Part shown: piece by piece, positions 54,576-64,000 of the stretch
How positions within the stretch are numbered: position 1 is the stretch's first letter
Layout of the letters: each line of letters begins with the position of its first letter
Assembly (NCBI RefSeq): GCF_001194135.2
Contig: NC_068982.1
Location: forward strand, 118,979,438-119,043,437
Source: Octopus bimaculoides
Lineage: Eukaryota
Direction: 5' to 3'
Length of the DNA: 64,000 bases
Made by a program: the position numbers and the translations under genes
Notes under the pieces: generated by a model
What the model was told of the DNA's origin: nothing
The model's database searches: none
What the model saw: the letters and a program-made list of their open reading frames with translations, nothing else

Positions 54576-57500
54576 CTATATTTCAAAATTTGGTTGATCA
54601 AACAATATAAAAGAAAACCAAAGTCGACTCTAGAGAGGAAAGTATTTCATCAGAGCCTACCTTTGTAATGTGTTTTACCAGGGCCGTGGATTTGGATGGT
54701 GATATCTAACCTTAGTCTATTTGAATCCTGATTTAGACCGTCACCTAATGGATCTATGACAAGAAGGCATTTCGCAATTGATAAATGTAAAATCTAACAG
54801 AATCTGAAGTAAGTTATCAGGCATACGTCAGTAACAATGCTAAATGTAAGTTACATTATTTGGATGGGTTTCTATACGATATTTTGAGATTCGTTTGCAA
54901 AGGATGCACATAGAGATGAGTTCTGAAAGTAATTAGGATTGTTGTTGGATATATTGTGGAGTGATGAGTAGTTGATAGAGTCAAAGTCTGGAAGATAGCC
55001 TGGGACATAGCCAAAACATAGCCAAACAATATGTATGGCTGTGGTAATGAAGACCTCAACTATAAACATGTTATGTGATATAGTTTACTTATATTTACTT
55101 GTCACGCTTAATCCAATATTCCTCAAAGTAATGTGATTCTTTTCCAGTTCACCAAGAATGCCCAGACCTTTGCGTTTCAGTGTACTTAAAATGAATGAAA
55201 CACACCCTCTTCAACAAACAAAACAAGAGAAAGCAGCAGCGTGGTAATAATAAATCACATTATCACAGAAAAAAGTCCAGTATGGGGTTGCACCTTCCCA
55301 TCATGTGTCTGTATCCACCATTTCTCGGTATTTGCTCTTGTCGTGCTAGGCAACACTACGAGCAGTATCCCTGTCAGTCCTCATCTCTACGAGGTACTTT
55401 CTCGTACGCTGTGTGTATGTGGCATGCGGCCGACCAACGTAAGCCGTCGCCTAAGTCGGATTCACAAAGAAAAGAACACGATATGCTTGATCAAACTTGA
55501 ACGATCGAGCAACATGATCAGACAATTTAAGCTGATGATTCAGAATCATACATAAGAACGAATATCCTACTTTCTGAGTTAAGTCATTGGTTCGATTCAA
55601 AATTGAACTAATGCTAAACCTATTAGCCTACGAATTGTCCTAGTATGAACGGAGTTTAAGCTGTTCCTAAGGGCCTTGACAGTATACAAGTCTCGCAACT
55701 ATAGAGCAAGACAAGAAGGACTAGGCGCAAAAAGATCCGAAATTTTGTCCTCTTGCTCAGATATCAGCAGCGTCAAAACTGCACCAGCAATCTCAAATCA
55801 CTTCAACCCTTCGGTTTCATGGTAAATGCTGCTATGGATCACACTGCGAAGTGAAGAGGTCAGCAACTTCGACATTATCATCCGCAAGAAAGACAGATAT
55901 ATGTGATGGATACATAACTGCCACTACTTCCAATACATTCTTAATCAATTTCAGGAAAATCAACTCTTACACAATTAGAAATCTCCATTACCATCAACTC
56001 CCACAAGAGTCAGATCCCTGGCTATTAAATCTCACCAAAAGCAAATGCCATCACAGTTAACAGAAGACTATGAACTATCACCACAACACCATCAAGTTCC
56101 ACTGTTACTAACTAGTACCAACACAATCTATAATGTCAGTAACAGTAATACGGAAACGAAAACCACCTATTATGCTAAGTGGTCTTATCTAAGGATAGGA
56201 TCGATTGAATACTATGTAGATTTCTTCCTAATAATAACTTTTAATTCTCCATCGTCATAAAAAAAAGTTTATTTGGCGGATCAATTTTCTGTTTCAGGTT
56301 TCCTTTATCTTTTCTGTTATTTGTTTTATATTAGGCTAAAAAACATTGCCTTTATGATCTTCTCTCTGATTTAATATCTGAATAATTGTTTGTAATTGGT
56401 TCCTTCCATCTGTTGCTTTGAAGTGTTTGTCTTCTTTCTTAATCAATTTTATACACCACTAAATGTTACAAATTTGTATTTAAAACAAAACATCATTTCA
56501 ATCTTTTTATTTATTTATTGTTTTTTTGTTTCCTAAGGTAAAATCATAATCATATAAACTCTTCCCCTATCACTGTGTTGACCAGTATCTTTAATACTAA
56601 GAAAACCACAATCACAGCACCATAGTCATAGCAGCGCCAGCCACAGAGGACAAAATTTACATGGTCTTTTGGCATGCTGGAAATAACAGCCAATCCCTGC
56701 AAATAGCATTTTACGATTTAGTAAAAGAATGCTGACTATGGGTAATGTAACACTAGATATTCCGCGAAAGAAACAAAATAGCCTTGGTTGATTCATTTGT
56801 AATCTGGGTCTCCCTGAGTTAAACATCAAAAACAATGACAGCACATTCATACACGATCAATCAAAATATTTTTCATGTAGTTTTGAGAAATCGAATTTAG
56901 TAAAGGAATCTTCTTGAACAACCAAGCTCATTTAATTTATAAATCTGCCTAAAATAAAAAAAAAATGGAACATCGACATCATGTGCTCAGGATATCTCTG
57001 TTCCCGACTAAAAACTTTTTCATGTTCTTTACACCAACACGGTTCCCAAAAAATGAACGATCTCGACTTTCACCATTTACATACATAAGACTGATTGCGA
57101 CTACTTTTGGACAAGAAAAAAAAATTATTGTAGTAATTCTTGGGGATGGGAAATTAAAGTTGTACAGTTGGGCATTTTACGAATTAGCTTTTCTGTTTAA
57201 GTGAATATGACAACAGAATCCGATTAACCTCAAGTTTCTACTACACGTATTTTGAAATCAAATCAATATTGGTGGGAAAGAGAAGCGTATCGTGACCAGG
57301 TAATGCGAAATAAAAACAATCTTTTAAAAAATCATTTTCTTGGTTTTACTATTTTCAGACTTATGGAAATTACTTGAAATCCATACTTTATTATTCGTAT
57401 CAGCGAATGAGTCACTCTGTAGTCTTGGAAGCAAGAAGATACACTTTCTTGGGATACACTTTCTAGATACACTTTTCTTTGGAAAAGGGCCGCATTATAT

Positions 57501-59332
57501 ATTATAGTTTTACATTCCTCCAGTTTGAATAATAGACACCTCAGTCACAGTTGTTAACGGTCTTATGCGTTTTTCGGCAGTATGACTGACCTGGGACTAG
57601 CAAAGAAAAGGATCAGCAGTATAAAGTGAAATATAGCACTTCGCATTATAATGCTCTATTATTTAAGATTATACAACTATCATAACATAGAGAATTTTAA
57701 CGTATGCATATTTTGTAGATAACTTAATAATCACTGAGTAGACATCAGTGTATATTTTTGGCAAATATCCGAAATACATTCAAGTGAAGAAATTGGAAAT
57801 GAGCAGAGTCTAGCAAACATGATGCCATAAAGCTTCTGAAATACATTATAAGCATAGACACATACATTTGTGTGCTTGTGCGTGTATATATATATAGAGA
57901 GAGAGGTACGTATATATATACATACACATATACATACACACATCTATATACATCTATCTATCCATCTCTTCTATTCTATCTATCTATCTATCATATATAT
58001 ATATATATAATCATGACATTTGATACCTTTATAGATGGATTAGAATTTCGTTTTGAGCAAAGGTTAAATATTTGGCCTGTTAGAAGAACCAGGTAGTTAC
58101 TGTTACTGCTCAGGTCATCTCTAATCGTGATGTATTATAAATGTCATTTCAATCGTAAGCAACCCATTCTATTATATTGTTTTTGTATTCAGATGTAGTT
58201 TATATCAAGAGGTTCATTTTTATGTGCCCTTTCTTTTCATTTTAATGGTGCAATGATTCATTGGATACTATTTATAGTAGGTTGTTCGAATGTTTAAGAC
58301 ACCCTTGTTCTTATCAGTACTAAGCATTTTCGACGCATATTTAAAACGATTTTATTTATGTATTCCGTTAATAATCTTATGAGTAGTTGAATATTCAAAA
58401 TACTTATTTGCCTGACGTATTGCATTGGTAACTAGTTTAATACAAAGAATGAAATATGCGAGTTTGTCAAAGATTTTCACGCAGAAACATCTCTAAATTC
58501 AGATATAGTGAGAGATTTTATTCAATGAATAATAAAATAATATTATTCCTACTCTCTGTGATAACATATTACAAACCAGTAATATATTTTTGACAGAATA
58601 ATGGAAGACCAATCATCAAATCAGGCCCTATACTCTCTTATTATTTATCAGGAAATGGTACTGCGGCGTTATAACATTTACTGAATAACTCATGCTAGAG
58701 ATAACAGATAAAACTATCTTAAGCTATTTTATTTGTTTAACCAAACATTTATACGTTAAAATGCCAAAGAGATTAACTTGGATTTTAGTTCTCTCCGTTT
58801 CTTTATATTAATTAAGTACGTATAATGTATTGCTTCTATTAATTTACTGTCCGCACAGACGCCAGAAAAAAGGTTTTTATTTAAAGGAAACCACTCAATA
58901 TAGTTGCTGTGACAATGAAAGCATCGGCAGCAATGTTTTATATCACACTGCAGAAAAATCATTAAAAAAACAATTGAACAAACAAATAACTTAATAAAGC
59001 AAAATGTAATTTCTTCTACTAATACTTCAATTTTTATTTGGCTGTATGCTGCAAAAGATTTAACATTATGATGAATGCGACTTGACTTTCATCTTAAATC
59101 GTACTTTATGAAAATCAATAATTAAACTAAAGGAAGTATTATTTAAATTCGACAGGATATAATTTTCATTAATAAATTAATTGAATCCCCTAAAGAGTAA
59201 CGCCATGAGATCTTTAACGTCGCTTTCTGTTAACGTTTTCCAACCAATCGTTGTAAGAATCGCCATTACCATGCAAAATCTAGGTTATATTGATAATGAT
59301 GTTTGTCTTCCTTAGCATTATCATCAGAATCA

Positions 59333-59363
59333 CCACCACCACCACCACCACCACCACCACAAC

Positions 59364-59430
<67 letters not shown>
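59333..59430. repeat. (CAC)n-(CAT)n compound trinucleotide repeat
   Basis: Direct reading. Confidence 0.95.
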
Positions 59431-59454
59431 TTTGTTTCCTTTTGTAGTTGTTTT

Positions 59455-59596
59455 TATTATTATAATTTCATATATGCAGAACAGATTAGACTGTTAGACA
59501 AGAAAAAGATTTCCTAATTTCGGACTACAAGTAAGCTTTGATGCCAATAATTCTCCTAAGTATCCTAATGTCCCTAATAACACTGTTTTCTGGAGC
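59455..59596 (-). mobile_element. R4/Dong-type non-LTR retrotransposon, extreme 3' fragment
   Basis: LQKTVLLGT/RILRRIIGI (one frameshift) is the C-terminal LQK..LLGTA.ILR motif, followed by a short UTR and an AAT-rich tail. Confidence 0.55.
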
Positions 59597-60545
59597 TATT
59601 ATTATTATTGTTGATCCTTTTCTTTTTTCTTTTTTTTTTTTTTTGCTTTTCCTCGGGTTCGATCTCTATCCTGGTAGGATTTGTATAGATAGTGGGTTAC
59701 TACTAGTAATCATAGGTATCCACAAGTTTTCAGTAGCATTTCAAGTACGTAGTGCGCTCCTGATAATCTTTGCTGTCCCTAAGAGACAAGCATTTTGTAG
59801 GAGCTCTACTGAGGATTCTATTCCGTTCTCCTACAGCCATATCTATTTTTACTTACTGTTCCCAAACAACCATTTGTTATAGGCACGACTTTGGCAGTTT
59901 TCATATTCCAGGTTCTTCCTATTTCAAATGTTAATGGATAGTTTTTCTTTCGCCTTTTGTTTTTCCTCTGCTTTCTTTCCAATCATGGAATCAAACGGAC
60001 ATGATGGGTCGATTAGTAAGCAACTTCGCTTTTCCTCCTCTATAATTATTATGTCCGGTCTATTATTTTCTGACTTCTCGTCCGTTTGAATAGAAAAGTC
60101 CCACAGAATCTTACATTTTTCCAGCTCCAGTACTTTTACGACCCGATGATTGTACCATGTATTTCCAGCTTCAAGTCCCCATTTCTGGCAAAGTTTCTTG
60201 TGTAAAACATTTACAACCTGGTCGTACCTCAATTTCTTGTACTCTTCCTGTTGCACCTTGAGGCATTCCGTCACAATGTTCTACATTTTTCTGACACTTT
60301 CTCTCCATATATATATTTTTCTCAAGTTGTTTGTTCTTATCGCTTGATCTTAGGTTGCTATGATATGACTTTCTGATTCTTTTTTAATTGCCCCTTTTTA
60401 ACCAAGATCTGATTTTCATTCCATATACTTCTTCAGTAGCTCTCCAGAATTAACCATGCAGTGGTTTCTCTTCATCTCTCTGAGTGCTCCTTGTGAATTT
60501 TATACTTGTCTTTTTCCCCTATTACGCGCTTCATCACATCTTTTC
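59597..60545 (-). mobile_element. R4/Dong-type (restriction-like endonuclease) non-LTR retrotransposon, 3' fragment
   Basis: EEKPLHG*FW...WLKRGQLKKESESHIIAT*DQAIRTN...NIVTECLKVQQEEYKKLRYDQV (zinc-knuckle/RHD region)...ILWDFSIQTD...RPDIIII...LIDPSCP (PD..D nuclease)...KVVPI..GCLGTV...LLQNACLLGTAKIIR, then a 3' UTR and (AAT)n. Confidence 0.85.
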
Positions 60546-60559
60546 CTCAGTCATAACGT

Positions 60560-61107
60560 ATCTATTTTATGTTGTTGAAAGAACACCGGAGAAAACTTCT
60601 ACGTATCAGTTTCAGTTCTTCTTTTTCGCAAATAAAAAGTAAACAAAGAAAATAACAGGGAAAAAGGGAAAGAAAATTCACAGCGACAATACTCTTCTCA
60701 ATGCGTGTGACGTACCAGTTAAGACAATCTTTTGCACTTTCTGTACGGATGGTAAGTCAGTGATTATTCTTAAATAATTTACAGTTCCTTTTTTGATCAT
60801 TCCAAGTACTCCTACAATCACTGCTGTTGTAACAGTCTCTTGATTTTGATGAGCAATTCTTTATATTTTTTTAGCTTACCAAACTCTTTTCCCGAGATAT
60901 GATCACAGGGTATGCTCATGTCAATCAATATACAGACTTTATTGTTTTGGTCTTTCACAACGATATATGGTTTTTGCTTTGATGTTCCGGCTTGTACAAA
61001 CTGGAAAGTCTCAATGGACAGTTACATTTTCTCCCACTGTTACAGCCCCAGCGTAACTCGATGTAACCGACAATGCCCCTTCCCGGAACTAATAACCTTG
61101 AAACCAT
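60560..61107 (-). mobile_element. Second R4/Dong-type 3' fragment of a different subfamily
   Basis: GENVTVH*DFPV...PYIVVKDQNNKVCILIDMSIPCD...KEFGKLKKYKEL...VIVGVLGMIKKG...VQKIVLTGTSHALRRVLSL*. The 5' end abuts a degenerate (AAT)n at 61107-61190. Confidence 0.8.
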
Positions 61108-62103
61108 GATTATTATTGTTCTTGTTTATTATTATTATTATCGTTATCCTTATCCTTATTGTTATTGTTGTTGCTGTTCTTATTGCTAAATGATCATATC
61201 CCATTATCTCGGATATCTTAAAACATAGTAAAATTTAAATTCTTAAATTAAAAGTGAAATATTGAAATGATTTAATTTTATTTAAAAACTAAATATATTC
61301 AAACGCTTGTGTAATATATTGACTGTTTTAGCTTTGTAGTGTTTGCCGTTACACTTCTTTACACGCATGTTATATCTGCTAATACCTTGTCTATCTAATG
61401 CCAGTCATTTCCTATTCGTACTTATGCGTTTTAAAGTTGGAAGCGTGTTTTACACGCATGGGTTTCCCGTGCTGTTCCTGAGCCAGTGTCCACAGTAAAC
61501 CACAACATATAAGCATTTTGAAGACAGTTTATATATCATTTATAAATTAAAGTATTCTCGTACATTACTGATGAGTAGCATATATCTAGGAAGAAGTAAG
61601 TGAGAAATACATTTAATTCATACTCACCTTCCACTCACACAGTTTGCATTTTAGAAGAATACGGACACTTGTATTTTGCTTATATTTACTAAATTTTATA
61701 TTTGATTTTTTTCTGCTGTTTTGACGATGCTGAATATTCCTCATTTAGATGGATTTCATTTTCTAGTGTTTAATAATAAATTATGGCTTAGATAATCATT
61801 TAATGTCAAATTCAAATGACAAGATAAATTATTCCTTGAGAAATTTCCAGTTGCAAAATATAGTTATTATGGATATGAATTTGAAATATTTTTTGTCGAT
61901 GATATTGTTTGCTTAATCTGTTAACTTTGAATAAATATTCGTTAAATATTCGTGGATTCACTGGAATCATTTCAGCGATACTCGGTTCAGCGACGTTTAC
62001 GTAGTATCAAACTACCGTGTCCGGGGTGCTAAATTCTGATACATATTACATGATACCTATGCTCACATTACACTCCAAATGATCAGTCAACAATAATATT
62101 TCC

Positions 62104-62544
62104 AAGGCGGCGATCAGGCAGAAACGTTAGCACGCCGAGCGAAATGCTTAGCGGTATTTCGTCTGCCGCTACGTTCTGAGTTTAAATTCCGCCGAGGTCG
62201 ACTTTGCCTTTCATCCTTTCGCGGTGGATTAAATTAGTACCAGTTACGCACTGGGGTCGATAAAATCGACTTAATCTGTTTGTCTGTCCTTGTTTGTCCC
62301 CTCTGTTTGTAGCCCCTTGTGGGCAGTAAAGAAATAAGAAACGTTAGCTCGCCGGGCGAAATGCTTAGCTATATTTCGTCTGTCTTTACGTTCTGAGTTC
62401 AAATTCCGCCTAGGTCGACTTTGCCTTTCATCTTTTCGGGTTCGATAAATTAAGTACCAGTTGCGTACTGAGGTCGATCTAATTGACTGGCCCCCTCCCC
62501 CAAAATTTTGGACCTTGTGCCTAGAGTAGAAAAGAATAATAATA
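62104..62544 (+). mobile_element. Two-unit (dimeric) tRNA-derived SINE
   Basis: Unit 1 (62104-62335) and unit 2 (62338-62544) share gaaacgttagc.cgccg.gcgaaatgcttagc...ttc/ttaaattccgcc.aggtcgactttgcctttcatc but have different 3' ends. The element ends in AATAAT. Confidence 0.85.
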
Positions 62545-63193
62545 TTTCTGTGTAGGTTCTGAACACGTAGCGATTACTGAAAATTTTTTTAATAGACCGA
62601 TCAGTGTATCTGCTTTCATACAGACGATGAGTAAGGCACAGAACTGTCGAGTTTTCACTACTTAACAATTAATGAGAACGAAATTTCCTATCAACTCTCT
62701 CTGAAATGTTGCTGTTGCAAATAATCTTCACTTTATTCTACAAGGTTCTAAACTAACAATAGAATAGTTGATTGTCGTTTATCTTATCAGAGAGAATTTA
62801 TACATGTGATACAATAAGGGAATTGCGATAATCAAATAATTAATTGAACTTTGGTCATCTACATATAGTGGGAACCTTGGGAACGAAAGACGGTCCAACA
62901 AGTCAAAAAGAATACCTTTCTCTTTTAGGGCACTGTTGTAAGGTTTCGTAATACCGGGTAATAAAGCAGCTACAAATTAATAGTTGTACACTTACTGAAA
63001 TTTATCATTTAGTTAATTTATATAATCTGCAGTACTGGAGACGTAACGATGAAACTCTGTATTGATAAAAGCGAGAGCGGGAGTCTAGCTTTGATGGTTT
63101 GCATGGAAATACGACGAAGTTGAGATGGATATTCTAAACATTTTCATCCCTAGACATAGGTGGATTTGTACGGCTTTCACTGACTTTACACTC

Positions 63194-63379
63194 CAGTTCT
63201 ATATTTAAGAGATGAGGAATTATGAACATTACTTACATTATTTACATTTGCCATATATTTGTCCTCTTCTTGTTTCTTTTTAACACAACATTTCGGCTGA
63301 TGTACCCTCCAGCCTTCATTAGGTGTCTTGGGGAAATTTCGAACCTTGGTTCTCATTCCTAAGGTATTTTTAGATGTTG

Positions 63380-63420
<41 letters not shown>

Positions 63421-63492
63421 ATCACTGGCTGCAATCGAACTCAGAGTCTTGGGGTTAGTAGCCTGCGCTCTTAACCATTACGCAATATGCCT
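63194..63492 (-). mobile_element. Full-length tRNA-head/(AAT)n/hammerhead-tail element (copy D)
   Basis: Same order as copy C, including the junction ttaggaat.agaacc.aggttcgaaatttccccaagacacc, and it extends to ...cataattcctcatctcttaaatatagaactg. The core is mutated (CTAATGA; GAAATGTT). Confidence 0.9.
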
Positions 63493-63497
63493 ATGCG

Positions 63498-63575
63498 CAG
63501 GTTCGAAATTTCCACAAGACACCTAAAGAATGCTGGAGAGCATATCAGCTGAAACGTAAATGTAAATGTAAATAA
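63498..63575 (+). mobile_element. Inverted partial tail of the same family (copy E) abutting the 5' end of copy D
   Basis: caggttcgaaatttccacaagacacctaaagaatgctggagagcatatcagctgaaacgt...aaatgtaaataat; internally deleted, core mutated. Confidence 0.8.
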
Positions 63576-64000
63576 TCGACACTCCAGCCACAATATGTAT
63601 TGAAATTTATTTCATTCTCTTGTATGGAGTTTCTCATTTCATATATAAACACCGTAGATTTTGAAATTCAAAATATTTATTAGAAAACTGACTTACCATA
63701 CCGAATATCAAACTAAAAGCCAATTACGATTTTAAATACGAAACTGAAAATATAAACCTCTAGCGAAGAGAAAATGAAATTATTTCTACAGAAAAGTAGA
63801 ATATTATACATGGATAATATAATAAAGATTCATATACAGAACAGTTTGCATATTTAACTTTATAGCAAACAGTATATTAAATGCAAGCAGCTGTATTTTT
63901 CTTCGGAGGTTACGACTATACACTATAAAAATGTGTTCACATTTATTTGGGTAAATAATAACTAGAAGAGTTACATTAGAGGTTTGTACTTTTATAGGAA

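Noticed and set aside
55190-56150. GC-richer, microsatellite-free stretch that might be an old LINE or exon
   Set aside because: No recognisable motif in any frame I translated; left unannotated.
57250-57450. 59-nt GT-AG intron (57300-57358) joining YWWEREAYRDQ to TYGNYLKSILYYS
   Set aside because: The upstream frame is closed by a stop with no good acceptor or ATG, and no homology was recognised.
62120-62130. GAAACGTT within the dimeric SINE heads
   Set aside because: No upstream CUGANGA or stems; it is part of the tRNA-like head, not a ribozyme.

Overview
AT-rich, microsatellite-dense eukaryotic genomic DNA with 17 N-gaps, most bordered by simple repeats. There is no prokaryotic signal: no operons, CRISPR or rRNA. 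The SINE families present resemble those I recall from octopus genomes, so a cephalopod origin is likely (inference, not searched). No long host ORF is visible; only a few low-confidence candidate exons were found. The window is mostly decayed mobile elements: several tRNA-derived SINE families, CR1-like and RTE LINE fragments, a head-to-tail stack of three R4/Dong-type fragments, Tc1 (IR/DR), mariner, a Chapaev/CMC-type transposase remnant, a non-autonomous Helitron, a MITE and LTR-like pieces. The most striking element is a ~260-300 bp repeat family with five copies or fragments. It joins a tRNA-Arg-like Pol III head, an internal (AAT)n spacer and a tail that folds as a minimal type I hammerhead ribozyme (CUGANGA...GAAAC-GUU, palindromic loop-less stem III). 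One copy (50744-51000) keeps an intact catalytic core. In two places an inverted tail fragment lies on the 5' side of a minus-strand copy, suggesting a Penelope-like or ribozyme-dependent mode of mobilisation.
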